NCBI GenBank assembly: GCA_963817895.1
Contig: CAWFQB010000005.1
Coordinates: 544,001 to 608,000 of the forward strand
Length of the DNA stretch: 64,000 nt
From: an uncultured Chthonomonadaceae bacterium
Lineage (GTDB): Bacteria > Armatimonadota > Chthonomonadetes > Chthonomonadales > Chthonomonadaceae
Reading direction: 5' to 3'
Positions 44,615-54,921 of the stretch are shown here, in pieces. The position numbers and the translations under genes were made by a program. Numbering within the stretch: position 1 is the first letter of the stretch; each line of letters opens with the position of its first letter. The notes under the pieces are model-generated. The model had not been told where the DNA came from and made no database searches. It saw nothing but the letters and a program-made list of their open reading frames with translations.

Positions 44615-45238
44615 TTATTCCTGCAAATAAGGGTTGCGCTTTCGCTCGGTTCCTATCGTGGTTGCTTTGCCGTGTCCCGGCAGAACGCGGGTTTCGTCGG
44701 GCAGGGTGAGCAGGCGGATTCGGATGGAATGGAGCAAAGTTTGCAGGGAACCGCCGGGCAGGTCGGTGCGCCCGATGCTGCGCGCGAACAGGCAATCCCC
44801 GGAAATCGCCGCATCGCCCACAAGGAACGTGACGTGTCCGGGCGCGTGTCCCGGCGTGAACAACACCTCTATCCGGGTTTGTCCAAGTTGAAGCGTCTGA
44901 TTGTCTTCCAGAAAGATAGTCGGGTCGGGCGAGGGCGTGGCGTCGAAGCCGAACATCACGGCCTGATCTTCCAACGCCTGTAACAAAAACAAATCCTCTC
45001 GGTGCAGGGCAATCGGCGCGCCCGTCTCCTTCACCCAGAACGCATTGCCCATGATGTGGTCAAAATGGGCATGCGTGTTCAGGATGTAGCGCAGTTTGTA
45101 CCCCCCTGCCGTAATTTCGGGCAGAAGGGTTTCGCTGTCGAACGAAGGGTCTACCAGCGCGGCCTCGTTTGTCGCCTCGTCCACAATCAAGTACGTATTG
45201 TTGTCCATCGGGCCGAGCGAATAGGAGTGGATTGTCAT
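44615..45238 (-). CDS. MBL-fold hydrolase (glyoxalase II/YcbL-like)
   Basis: THAHFDH, TPGHAPG, SGDCLF..SIGRTDLPGG, VLPGHG. Confidence 0.92.
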   Translation of the reverse strand: MTIHSYSLGPMDNNTYLIVDEATNEAALVDPSFDSETLLPEITAGGYKLRYILNTHAHFDHIMGNAFWVKETGAPIALHREDLFLLQALEDQAVMFGFDATPSPDPTIFLEDNQTLQLGQTRIEVLFTPGHAPGHVTFLVGDAAISGDCLFARSIGRTDLPGGSLQTLLHSIRIRLLTLPDETRVLPGHGKATTIGTERKRNPYLQE

Positions 45239-45255
45239 GGAAAATCCTTATTGAG

Positions 45256-45383
45256 AGGTTGTTAGTTGTTAGGTTGTCAGGTTGTTAGGTAATTCCTGTG
45301 TTCAGGCTCCTGCCGAAGTAGACATTGTATTTGTACGGCAAGACGACTAACCTAACAACCTGACAACTAACAACTAACAACCT
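45256..45383. repeat. inverted (GTTGTTAG/GTTGTCAG)-type 7-8-mer arrays
   Basis: Seen directly; same family at 50230-50336. Confidence 0.8.
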
Positions 45384-45388
45384 ATGCC

Positions 45389-46327
45389 CTACGGACTGGA
45401 ATCCAAAAACTTCGCCCAGCGCAGTTCGGACACGATATGCGTGGGTTTGAGAACCTCTTCCACCGTGTAGGTCGCCATCGCGTTCACGATCCAATCGAAA
45501 TTCTCCTGCCCGACGGAAGCGACATCGGCGTCCGGGGCGGGGTTGAGAAAGTCAATCGCGTAGGGTACGCCGTCCTGAACCGCGAACTCTACAGTGTTCA
45601 TGTCGTAGCCAAGCGCGCGGCACAGGGTCAGGCAGTCTTTGGTCAGGCGCGCGTTCATCTGCTCCTGCGCGGGCGCGGGTTCCTTGACGTAGCGCTCGGC
45701 ATGAGGGCGGCGCGGATCGTAGCGCATGATATGCACGTTCTGCTGACCGATCACATAGCAGCGGTAATAGTCCTCGAACTCGATCCCCTGCTGCAAAGTC
45801 ATACACAAGTCGCCGGTTTCGTTGTAGGCGGCAAAAAACTCATCGGGCGTATGGACTTTGTAAACGTGTTTCCAGCCGCCGCCGCTGTACGGTTTGAGGA
45901 ACGCGGGAAAGCCGATGTACGCGAAAATCCCCTCCCAATCCAGCGGATACATCAGGTTACGGTGCGACAGTGACGTGGTATCCGGCGGGTGTTGGTTGTG
46001 TGGCAGGAGAACCGTGCGCGGCGTGGCGACCCCCAATTTGGCGGAAAGCGCGTAGTTGAAAAACTTGTCGTCAGCCGTCCACCAGAAGGGGTTGTTGATA
46101 ACGCGGGTTCCGGTCAGAACGGCGTGCTTGAGGAACGCGCGGTAAAACGGAATATCCTGCGAAATACGGTCTACAATCAGGTCATAGCCGCAGGGTTCGT
46201 CCATGATGACGCCGCCCACTTGCAGACTCTCCGCCATCACGCCGTCCACGTTCATGCTGTTGATTTTGTCAACGAGGGCGAACGGAAACGTGTTCTCCAT
46301 GCCGTACAAGATGCCGATTTTTTTCAA
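45389..46327 (-). CDS. ATP-grasp ligase (RimK/glutathione synthetase-like)
   Basis: VINNPFWW.ADDKFF, PAFLKPYSGGGWK, YDMNTVEFAV, IDFLNPAPD. Confidence 0.85.
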   Translation of the reverse strand: MKKIGILYGMENTFPFALVDKINSMNVDGVMAESLQVGGVIMDEPCGYDLIVDRISQDIPFYRAFLKHAVLTGTRVINNPFWWTADDKFFNYALSAKLGVATPRTVLLPHNQHPPDTTSLSHRNLMYPLDWEGIFAYIGFPAFLKPYSGGGWKHVYKVHTPDEFFAAYNETGDLCMTLQQGIEFEDYYRCYVIGQQNVHIMRYDPRRPHAERYVKEPAPAQEQMNARLTKDCLTLCRALGYDMNTVEFAVQDGVPYAIDFLNPAPDADVASVGQENFDWIVNAMATYTVEEVLKPTHIVSELRWAKFLDSSP

Positions 46328-46378
46328 GGCTTCACTCCCATCAAATGTGCGCTCTCACTCTTCACTCTCACTCTTCAC

Positions 46379-47089
46379 TTAAAAATACTTGACCGCCATT
46401 TGCCGCCAGATGGGCCAGTCGTGATACGCGCCGTTACCCCACACATCCAGCCAGTGCCGGATACTTTTGGCGTTCATAATCGCGTCAAGTTGCAGATTGG
46501 AAGCGAGGCAAATGTCTTTTTCGCCAACCGCGAGAATCATCTGCATCTGCTGATAGCGTTCCCAGTACCAGCCGTCGTTGAGATTGGGCAGGAAATCTAC
46601 AGGACTGTTGAGATAAGCGTCCGTGTCTAATTGACCGTCCAGTAACGAGCGGACGCTGAACGCGCCCGCCATGCTGATGCAATGCGTGACCAGATCGGGA
46701 TGCCGCAACGCGAAGTTCACGCAATGGTAGCCGCCGAAACTGCACCCGGTCGCGACTAGCAACGACGAATGGTTACGTTCGCGAATAAACGGCAATACCT
46801 CCTCAATAATGTAACGCTCGTACAGAAGGTGCCGCTGAACGCGGTCATGCGGCGAAACACCCTTGTTGTACCAGCTCTCCTCATCCACGCTGTCCACGCA
46901 AAACGCCTGCAATTCGCCGCTCTCGTACTTCTGTTGCGTGGCCGCGATCATGCCCTGATCTTCGTACTGGTAAAACCGCCCCATCGAGGTGGGAAAGACA
47001 AGCAGCGGCGTCCCGCCCTGCCCGAAGACAAGCAGTTCCATGTCGCGGCCTAAAATCTCGCTGTGCCATTTATGATACTCGCGCTGCAC
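46379..47089 (-). CDS. alpha/beta-hydrolase esterase family protein
   Basis: FPTSMGRF, nucleophile elbow GCSFGGYH, HDWPIW. Confidence 0.88.
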   Translation of the reverse strand: MQREYHKWHSEILGRDMELLVFGQGGTPLLVFPTSMGRFYQYEDQGMIAATQQKYESGELQAFCVDSVDEESWYNKGVSPHDRVQRHLLYERYIIEEVLPFIRERNHSSLLVATGCSFGGYHCVNFALRHPDLVTHCISMAGAFSVRSLLDGQLDTDAYLNSPVDFLPNLNDGWYWERYQQMQMILAVGEKDICLASNLQLDAIMNAKSIRHWLDVWGNGAYHDWPIWRQMAVKYF

Positions 47090-47120
47090 GATTTATCCTT
47101 TCCAAAAGCGAACAAGCGTT

Positions 47121-47444
47121 TCATAAGGCTGAACGCTCTCGGTTTTTCCAGTAAGTGACAAAGGCTGCTATCCAGACGCCGAAGGAAAGCATAATTGAAA
47201 CGTTGCAAACTGCGGCTGTCGTTGTCGGGTAATACGGCCTGTGTGGTTCGTGAAGATAAGGAGTGATGCCAAGACCTACCACAAAGCCGCCAATGAACAT
47301 TGTCCAGCCAACGCCAAGCAAGATACTCCACGAAGCGCGTTTTCGTCCCTGTAAGCCCAATTGTCTGTAACGATATAGCAGGTACAGACCAGAACCAAAT
47401 CCTCCAAAAAGATAAGCAAGCACGAATGGCGCAAAGATAAACAT
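47121..47444 (-). CDS. small membrane hypothetical protein
   Basis: 107 aa with three hydrophobic segments. Confidence 0.5.
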   Translation of the reverse strand: MFIFAPFVLAYLFGGFGSGLYLLYRYRQLGLQGRKRASWSILLGVGWTMFIGGFVVGLGITPYLHEPHRPYYPTTTAAVCNVSIMLSFGVWIAAFVTYWKNRERSAL

Positions 47445-47544
47445 CGGCTATGTATCCGTCGAAAGTGCCTACGCGCCTTCATCATAAATTACGAATGTGA
47501 CTTCCAGCGCTATCAACCGCAATCGAGTTGTCATTGGCATCGTC

Positions 47545-47762
47545 TCAGAAGAAGCGAACTAATTCGCCGGAAGCTCCGAAATGTAACTCAACTTCGCCGT
47601 ACTTCCAGATACGCGGTATACTCTGTTGACGCGAAGCGCCGCCCATAGCATCCGGTCGCCCAGACATGCGCGTACTTCGTCGCGGTTCATTCCGAGTCGC
47701 GCCGCGCCGAAACTGCCGGAACGCATCGCTTCTTGAAGAAATTGCCAATAGTGTGAAGGCAT
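47545..47762 (-). pseudogene. small protein split by a 1-nt deletion near 47655
   Basis: Joining frames gives ...LGMNRDEVRACLGD(P)DAMGGASRQQSIPRIWKYGEVELHF. Confidence 0.5.
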
Positions 47763-47907
47763 TTGCGTTTGTTGACCTCTTGACACTTCATTTACGAGGA
47801 CGAGCGTAATCCGTTGCGCTCCGTAAATAAATTTTTCGCCCGCTTGCCGAATGTTGGCGATGCTTGTTTTGTACGAACAGGGATTCTCATTCTCTGGAGG
47901 GTTTAAC

Positions 47908-49272
47908 ATGTTTTACGAGTGCAGCGCGCAGATTGCCGACAATCCTCCCCAACTCCATTACGGCGTGGCGGTGACGGATGTGGATGGCGACGGCGAATTC
48001 GAGTTTGTGGTGGCGGGCTATGGCTGCGGCAATGTGGTTTTGAAGTGGGACGGGCGGCAATACGTCAATCGCGCCGATGAGAATTTCGCGGACGCGCAGC
48101 GGCAGGCTATTGGGCTGGCGGCGGGCGACCTTGACGGCGACGGGCGCGAAGAGATTTACGTTCTTAACACGGACAGTTTCGCGGGGCGAAAGCAGCACGC
48201 GGACCGGCTATGGAAGTGGCAGGCGAACGGCTGGCAGGATTTGTTCACCCTGCCCGCCAACCGCGACGCGCACAACCTGACGGCGGGGCGTTCGGTTGTG
48301 TGTCTGGACCGGCAGGGAACCGGGCATTACAGTTTCTTTGTTGCCAATTACGGCGGGCCGATGCGCTGTTACGAACTGGAAGAGAACGGCTTTTTATCCG
48401 ACCTTGCCCCCTATCTCGGACTGGCGTACATCACGGGCGGGCGCAGCGCATTGGCCCTGCCGCTTGTTTCGGAACATGTAGATATTTTCGCGGGCAATGA
48501 GGGCGGGCCGAATTTCCTGTTTCGCAACCGGGGCGACGGCACATTCGAGGAGATTGCGGAACGCTGCGGGCTGGAAGACCCTTACGAACATGCGCGCGGC
48601 GTGGCGGTTCTGGACGCCAATCAGGACGGACGCTTCGATCTGGTTGTGGGCAACTGGGAGGGGATGCACCGCCTGTACACGCAAACGCCGACGGGAACCT
48701 TTCTGGATGCCGCGCCGGACGAACTGGCGCAGCCGTCCCGCGTTCGCACCGTAATCGCGGCGGATTTCGACAACGATGGCTACGAGGAGATATTTTTCAA
48801 CAACATCGGCGAACCCAACCGCCTGTTCGGGTATCGCAACGGGGTCTGGACGCGCCTGCCGATGGGGGAGGCGCTGGAACCGAGGGGATTGGGCACGGGC
48901 GCGGCAATCAGCGACATGGACGGCGACGGGCAATTGGAACTGCTCATCGCGCATGGCGAATCGGCCCTACAGCCCCTCTCCCTGTACAAAACGCAACCCA
49001 ATGGCAATCACTGGCTGCGGGTTTTGCCCCTGACAAAGTGGGGCGCGCCCGCCCGCAACGCGGTTGTCACGCTGACGTCAAGCGACCGGACGCAAATTCG
49101 GGCAATTGACGGCGGCAGCGGCTACCTGTGCCAGATGGAACCCGTCGCGCATTTCGGTTTAGGAACGCAAACGGATATAACGCGCATCAAGGTACGCTGG
49201 CCCGATGGCGTAACCCAAACCGTACAAAGGCCAAATGTGGATAGCCTTCTGCGCGTCCCTTATCCGGGGTAA
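47908..49272 (+). CDS. CRTAC1/ASPIC-UnbV family FG-GAP repeat protein
   Basis: Repeated DxDGDG motifs; C-terminal DGGSGYLCQMEPVAHFGLG..VRWPDG. Confidence 0.92.
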   Translation: MFYECSAQIADNPPQLHYGVAVTDVDGDGEFEFVVAGYGCGNVVLKWDGRQYVNRADENFADAQRQAIGLAAGDLDGDGREEIYVLNTDSFAGRKQHADRLWKWQANGWQDLFTLPANRDAHNLTAGRSVVCLDRQGTGHYSFFVANYGGPMRCYELEENGFLSDLAPYLGLAYITGGRSALALPLVSEHVDIFAGNEGGPNFLFRNRGDGTFEEIAERCGLEDPYEHARGVAVLDANQDGRFDLVVGNWEGMHRLYTQTPTGTFLDAAPDELAQPSRVRTVIAADFDNDGYEEIFFNNIGEPNRLFGYRNGVWTRLPMGEALEPRGLGTGAAISDMDGDGQLELLIAHGESALQPLSLYKTQPNGNHWLRVLPLTKWGAPARNAVVTLTSSDRTQIRAIDGGSGYLCQMEPVAHFGLGTQTDITRIKVRWPDGVTQTVQRPNVDSLLRVPYPG

Positions 49273-49638
49273 GTATTCAGATACAGGTATTCAGATAGAT
49301 GTTCAGACACAGGGTTGAAGAAAATTGCGTCCGGGGAATAAATTTCCCGGCTGTGATAACGAAGTCCGCCTGCGCGAATTGCATCCTTATACCTTGCAGG
49401 AAATCATTCTGCCATCAGTCCGCCTTCAGTCCGCGAAGGCGGACTTCGTTATCGGGCGTCCACCCGCAAAGAAGGACACAACCGCGAGTTTCAACTCACG
49501 GCAAAGTCGAGGCAATCATTTTTACGTTGTCTGAACCGTTTATCCTGTTGATGGCTCTGTGATAGCAGAAGCCGCAAAGTTAAGTTACAAGATTCATTCG
49601 CGGGCAGACGCGGACAACAACGCGCAAGGGAGAACGAC

Positions 49639-50229
49639 GTGCGGGATCGAACCTGGGTGCGATTGATGCTGAGTGACGATAAGGCGGCGGGCGAACGCTT
49701 TGCGCGGGAATACTATCCGCGCATCGAGCGGATGCTGCGGTATCTGACCGACAGCCCCGATGTGGCGCGCGACCTGACACAGCAGACGTTTCTGAAAGCG
49801 TGGGGCGCGCTTCCCAATTTCCGCAATAAGTCGGGATTGGGAACGTGGCTGCACCGTATCGCCTATCACGAGTACACGCATTGGCTGCGCGCCCGCCGGG
49901 AACACGCGCCTCTGGAAGCCGCCCATAACATTCCCGGCCCCGCGATGATTAACGATTGGGGCATGGCGCTGCTGCCTCACGCCCTTGCGCAACTGACGGA
50001 CGACCTGCGCGAAACGTTTCTGCTGCATTACGTGCAGGAACTGTCCGTGCGCGAAGTGGCCGACGTGCTGGACGTGCCGCCCGGAACCGTCAAATCCCGC
50101 CTGTTCACCGCCCGGGGCAAACTGCGCGAAATCTTGCAGGAAGCGGAACTGGAAACACAGGCGCAAACCGCAACTAATCCACGCTATGAAGTGCCGGCGC
50201 GATACCGCGTGGAACCGAATACGAGGTGA
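49639..50229 (+). CDS. ECF sigma factor
   Basis: ARDLTQQTFLKAW, TWLHRIAY, SVREVADVLDVPPGTVKSRL. Confidence 0.92.
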   Translation: MRDRTWVRLMLSDDKAAGERFAREYYPRIERMLRYLTDSPDVARDLTQQTFLKAWGALPNFRNKSGLGTWLHRIAYHEYTHWLRARREHAPLEAAHNIPGPAMINDWGMALLPHALAQLTDDLRETFLLHYVQELSVREVADVLDVPPGTVKSRLFTARGKLREILQEAELETQAQTATNPRYEVPARYRVEPNTR

Positions 50230-50336
50230 TAGGTTGTTAGTTGTCAGGTTGCCAGGTTGTTAGTTGTTGGTTTTCTGGCTGCTTGCTTGAACGCCTCAAC
50301 AACCTAACAACCTGGCAACCTGACAACTAACAACCT
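50230..50336. repeat. inverted 7-8-mer arrays forming a long hairpin
   Basis: AGGTTGTTAGTTGTCAGGTTGCCAGGTTGTTAG matched by its reverse complement downstream. Confidence 0.85.
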
Positions 50337-50358
50337 GTCTTGAGAGGACTTGTCCAAA

Positions 50359-52191
50359 ATGAAGTGCCATAACCTGAACAATCTTAATTTTATAGCGCGG
50401 CGGTGGCATCGGCTGTGGTGTCAGGACTGCCGCGCGTCGCAGCATCTGGATACCATGATCGGGTTCGGGCTGATGCAGATGAAGGCCGCGCCGGGGGATA
50501 CGGGGGGATTGGACATGCTGCTGGCGTCCCCGATGCTGCCGGAGGGGGGACGAACCGCGCGGCGGGCTTCGCGCCAAATGGCGGGCAACTGGCTGCGCCA
50601 TCAAACCCAATGGGCGGGAGCGGCTCTTATCGTGGGCGGCGTGTGGTGGCAGTACATGAGTTACATTCCGCCCGTGACGATCCCCGCGAAAGTGGCGCCG
50701 GAACAAAACGCTTTCGACTATTTCAAAATGGCCGGGATCATGGTCAAGGCCAACAAAGATATGGACAATGAAGTGGAGGAGGCTCGGCAGAAATTGGGCG
50801 ATTCGCCCACGCGAGAACGCCGCGACGCCCGCCTGAAACGGGAGGGCAAACCGTTGCCGTCCATCGCGCAGTTGATACAAACGACGGAACGCGAGGGGTT
50901 GCCCATCACGTTTGAGGGCGGCCTGCCATTCAATTTTTCCGGTCCCAAACATGTCTATGACTTTCAGCCCAACTACGTTTATGAGGGCAAAAAAACCCAT
51001 ATGCCGTACACATCGGCGGAAAAGCAACAGTTGCTGGACGACAACCGACTCGCGCTAACGGTTCTGCGCGAAGGTTTGAAGCATCCCTACATGGATGTGT
51101 ACCCGCGCCGGTTCGACGCGCTGTTTCCCGATTACGCGAATTTTCGGCAAATGGCCCGCCTGCTGAATCTGGAAACCGAAGTGAAAGCGGCAAAGGGCGA
51201 CTGGAACGGCGCGATGCAAAGCAGTCTGGACGCGATGCAGATGGGCGCGGAGATGGCGCATGGCGCTCCCGTAATCGGGCGGCTGGTAGGCGACGCCTGC
51301 CAGATTATCGGGGAGCAGGGAGCGTGGAAAGCCGTCGGGCATCTGGACGCGCAGGGAACACGGGCGGCACTCTGGCGGCTACAGGCCATTCGCGCCCGCC
51401 ACGCGCCCTTTGCGGAAACCATTCAGGAGGAGCAGTGGTTCATGCAGGCGTCTTTGCGCGACGAGATGGCAAAACCGGGCTGGCGCGCGAGTTTCATGAA
51501 CATGATGGGAAACACGGATGCGAAAGGGTTTGCGCTTGGCATGTTGGGCTGGTCGAACCGCGTGATTCTGAAAGACATTACGACTGTGATGGACGAGAGC
51601 ATCCGGCGTAGTCGGCTGCCGTATGCGCAAAGCCGCAAATTGAAAGAGATCAAAGAGCCGTTCGACCCCATTGTGCAGATCATGTTCCCCCTGTTTTCCG
51701 GGGCGCGGTATCAGGATGCCTACGGAAGCGAAACGCAGTCCGCGCTGCTGGCGACATCTCTGGCTTTGCGCGCGTACCGTCTGGAACATGCGGGCAAACT
51801 GCCGGATCGTCTGGAACAACTGACGCCGCAGTATCTGGCGCAGGTTCCTGCTGATCCATTTTCCGCCAATGGCAACGCCCCCCTGCGCTATTACACTCTG
51901 GCAGCGAAAATACGCCAAAATCAAATGGCCTCATCGATGCGCGTCGTATACAGATTAGCCGATGACGCGCAAGCGCCACATGTGGACGGGATAACGCGCC
52001 TTGCCGAATACACTCTGTACAGCGTCGGGCCGGACGGCAGGGACGATGGCGGCAACCCGGTAGACCTGCTGCATCAGCCGCAGATCGAAGCCGATGGGTC
52101 GTGGCGCAAAATCGCGCCCGATAGTCCGCAGCGTTATCAGGTTATGCAGATCGCGACGGGCGACATCGTGGCGGGGGTGAATACGCGGTAG
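50359..52191 (+). CDS. putative membrane-anchored anti-sigma-like protein with large exported domain
   Basis: N-terminal HRLWCQDC (HxxxCxxC), one TM segment, C-terminal LP..LEQL.PQYL..VPADPF...YSVGPDGRDDGG. Confidence 0.65.
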   Translation: MKCHNLNNLNFIARRWHRLWCQDCRASQHLDTMIGFGLMQMKAAPGDTGGLDMLLASPMLPEGGRTARRASRQMAGNWLRHQTQWAGAALIVGGVWWQYMSYIPPVTIPAKVAPEQNAFDYFKMAGIMVKANKDMDNEVEEARQKLGDSPTRERRDARLKREGKPLPSIAQLIQTTEREGLPITFEGGLPFNFSGPKHVYDFQPNYVYEGKKTHMPYTSAEKQQLLDDNRLALTVLREGLKHPYMDVYPRRFDALFPDYANFRQMARLLNLETEVKAAKGDWNGAMQSSLDAMQMGAEMAHGAPVIGRLVGDACQIIGEQGAWKAVGHLDAQGTRAALWRLQAIRARHAPFAETIQEEQWFMQASLRDEMAKPGWRASFMNMMGNTDAKGFALGMLGWSNRVILKDITTVMDESIRRSRLPYAQSRKLKEIKEPFDPIVQIMFPLFSGARYQDAYGSETQSALLATSLALRAYRLEHAGKLPDRLEQLTPQYLAQVPADPFSANGNAPLRYYTLAAKIRQNQMASSMRVVYRLADDAQAPHVDGITRLAEYTLYSVGPDGRDDGGNPVDLLHQPQIEADGSWRKIAPDSPQRYQVMQIATGDIVAGVNTR

Positions 52192-52552
52192 TTGTTTTGC
52201 GCCATGATTAATGTGATCAGGATGATTGCCATGATTCTGTAACGGCGAGTTTATCTGCTTGAACCTGATCTTTTGGACACAGGGAAGAGCAGGGAACAGG
52301 AAAACCAATCATGGTAATCATCCCAATCACATTAATCATGGTGCAATACGAGTAGATTGCGCGATTGAAAAGGAACTATATAGTCTTGACAGGAATATTA
52401 TAATTGTGTTATATAAGAGGGATCGAACTGCCTTCCTGAAACGCTGCCATCCTGCTGCAAAGGCATCTGTTAGCGCAAAGCGGCGCGCGACAAAGACACT
52501 GTTGTTTTGTGAGGGGGCGGCAGAAAAGAATGAGTATCGAAAGGATGTATTT

Positions 52553-53182
52553 GTGAACCGTTTTCATTTTTCGGCGGGTTGCGCCATGCTGGCGCTGTCC
52601 GCTGGTAGTTTGTCGGCACACGCGCAAACGTATACGGAGGCCGGGGATACCGGGCAGTTGCTCGTCTCGGCGCAAAATGTGGGTGGCCCGGTCAATCGCA
52701 TCGAAGGAACGCTTTTCAACGGCGACATTGACCTGTTCCGCGCCGACTTCGATTTCACCGGGACGCTGACCGTAAACGCGATTGCCGTTTCGGGTGGCTT
52801 GAATATGAACCTGCACAGTTTCAACAGCGCGGGCAATCCTCGCGGGGCTAATGACGACTTCGGCGGAAGTCTGAACAGCCAACTGACGCTGGCGATCACG
52901 CCGGGTACGTACTACTTCGGGGTGGGGCAAAACAATACGGAAGCCCTCGACAACACGAACACGATCATTCAGGACAACGACAACGGCACGCTGAACCCCA
53001 ACGGCGTACTGGCGGGTTGGGACGGGCCGGGAGTGGGCAGTGGCGCGTATGCCATTATCTTTTCCACGTCCACAGCGCCCGCCGCTGTTCCCGAACCCGG
53101 CAGCGTCGCGCTTTTCGTCGGTATGGGCATTACGGGAACGGTCTTCCTGCGACGCGGCAAACGCGCCCGAAAATCTGCCTGA
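52553..53182 (+). CDS. PEP-CTERM sorting domain protein (PPC-like domain)
   Basis: GTG start, signal peptide ending AHA, C-terminal VPEPGS-TM-RR. Confidence 0.88.
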   Translation: MNRFHFSAGCAMLALSAGSLSAHAQTYTEAGDTGQLLVSAQNVGGPVNRIEGTLFNGDIDLFRADFDFTGTLTVNAIAVSGGLNMNLHSFNSAGNPRGANDDFGGSLNSQLTLAITPGTYYFGVGQNNTEALDNTNTIIQDNDNGTLNPNGVLAGWDGPGVGSGAYAIIFSTSTAPAAVPEPGSVALFVGMGITGTVFLRRGKRARKSA

Positions 53183-53454
53183 CACACTCCCAAAACCGGA
53201 GCAGAAAAAGCCCTCCTGCCCAATGGTGGACAGCCAGGGCTTTATTGTTAAGACCCCGCCTGATTCGACAGGAACTTTCGATTATTGCGAGTTTCCCCGG
53301 AAGCGGGAGGGGGTGGCGCTTCGGCTTACCTGATTTTTTTATAAACCTGCGTATTTTCTCATAATCTACGCAAAAGTGACAGTTTGGCATGAATCTTGCA
53401 CTAATCATTAAGTGGTAGTTTGCTGACGGACCACACTGCTTTCGCTCTATTTTC

Positions 53455-54192
53455 ATGAAGGAGACTCTCTTTATGCCAATGCCGCCACTTTTCCGTATGG
53501 CTCTGCGTCTTGCCTGTCTTGGCTTCCTGCTGCCGACAACCGCGCAGGCGCAAAACTTAGTCCAGGACGGTGATTTCGAACTCGCGAACCCTGGTGTCAC
53601 GACCTTTAACACCTCCTACTTCGGGCCGACAGGGCAGGCTCCGATGTTCGACGCCTTCTGGACAGTTCCGGCAGGAACCGTCGCCATTGATACGGCGCGC
53701 GATTATGTCTATGCCGGGAACAAGAGCCTGTGGCTCAACTCCGATGATCCCATGACTTCCCCCACCAACACCCTTTCGCAGACACTTCTTACCACGCCGG
53801 GACAAAGCTACCTGCTGACGTTCTACGCCGACAGCAGCTTTACCCCCAACGCTCTCGGCAGTGGCCCGCATCCGCTGACTGTCACCTTCGACGGCAACAT
53901 CGTGAGCGGCAGCGCGATTGACGTGCCGGAAAACGGCTATCCCAACAGCGGGCCGGGTTCTAACGCAGCTTTGTTCACCTTGTATTCTTTCCTGGTCACC
54001 ACCAATTCAAGTCTGACCGACCTGACCTTTTCCGCGCAGGGAAGCGTGTTGTTCAATCCGGGCAACACCCTCGAACTCGACAACATCAGCGTCACTCCTG
54101 CCGCCGTTCCCGAACCCGGCAGCATCGCGCTTTTCGTTGGTATGGGCATTACGGGAACAGTGTTCCTGCGCCGCCACAAGAGGTCTGTCTGA
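53455..54192 (+). CDS. PEP-CTERM sorting domain protein (CBM/DUF642-like jelly roll)
   Basis: Signal peptide, NLVQDGDFE, LSQTLLTTPGQSY, LDNISV, VPEPGS-TM-RR. Confidence 0.88.
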   Translation: MKETLFMPMPPLFRMALRLACLGFLLPTTAQAQNLVQDGDFELANPGVTTFNTSYFGPTGQAPMFDAFWTVPAGTVAIDTARDYVYAGNKSLWLNSDDPMTSPTNTLSQTLLTTPGQSYLLTFYADSSFTPNALGSGPHPLTVTFDGNIVSGSAIDVPENGYPNSGPGSNAALFTLYSFLVTTNSSLTDLTFSAQGSVLFNPGNTLELDNISVTPAAVPEPGSIALFVGMGITGTVFLRRHKRSV

Positions 54193-54373
54193 ACCGGGAT
54201 TTACCCGATTAACGGATTAACAGGATTCGGGACAGGCGGATTTCGCTGTTTTGAATCCTGTTTTTCTTGTGTGGAGGAAGAGCAGGGCGTTTGAGAGTCA
54301 ATCCTGCTCATCCTTTAATCCTGTAAATTTTGGTTCAAGACAAGAGGGATGAGGTGCCAGAAGAAAATCCTGA

Positions 54374-54478
54374 TCATACATTGTTGGGATGAACGGCGGT
54401 AATGCGGGGATAGCGAGCAAAATCCGTGACGTTGAGCGTAAGAAGCAACGAAATATTCGAGGCGGCCAGGTACGCCAT
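54374..54478 (-). pseudogene. internally deleted PIN toxin remnant (34 aa)
   Basis: MAYLAASNI + LLTLNVTDFARYPRITAVHP resemble the two ends of a PIN toxin; TGATG coupling to the antitoxin. Confidence 0.6.
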
Positions 54479-54729
54479 CAGTCATGGTCTCCATAAATAC
54501 CGGCGCGGGTTGTGGCATCGTGAGAGAGTACGGGAAGCCCTTCAGACTCTTCTTCCAGAGTATCCAGCGTTGCTTCCCATTCTTCCTGAGACAATTTTTC
54601 CGGCGCGGGAACCGCGACCATCTGTTCAATCAAATTTTGCAGGAAATCGGCAACAGGCTTGCCCTGAGAAGCGGCGCGGGCATGTACAGCGGCTTCTACT
54701 TCGGGGCGCAGGTCTAAGGTGACAGTCAT
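54478..54729 (-). CDS. ribbon-helix-helix-like antitoxin
   Basis: MTVTLDLRPEVEA....RAASQG and LS.DA.TRAGIY tail; GAGGAG RBS. Confidence 0.72.
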   Translation of the reverse strand: MTVTLDLRPEVEAAVHARAASQGKPVADFLQNLIEQMVAVPAPEKLSQEEWEATLDTLEEESEGLPVLSHDATTRAGIYGDHD

Positions 54730-54867
54730 AGTTTTCTCCTCGTGCTTTGCCTGTAATTCAAGGTACACGGCACATTCGAGACGCTCCTGCCGTGTACAGG
54801 CTTATTATACAGTATGACCAAAACGTGGTGAAATATTTTGTCGGTTGACAGAAACAACCGCAGACGA

Positions 54868-54921
54868 AAAGCAACAGGGCAGAACCTTCTCTACATATCG
54901 AAGGTTCTGCCCTGCTGCTTT
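54868..54921. terminator. 22-bp stem hairpin directly after the defence operon
   Basis: AAAGCAACAGGGCAGAACCTTC-10 nt-GAAGGTTCTGCCCTGCTGCTTT (one mismatch). Confidence 0.75.
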
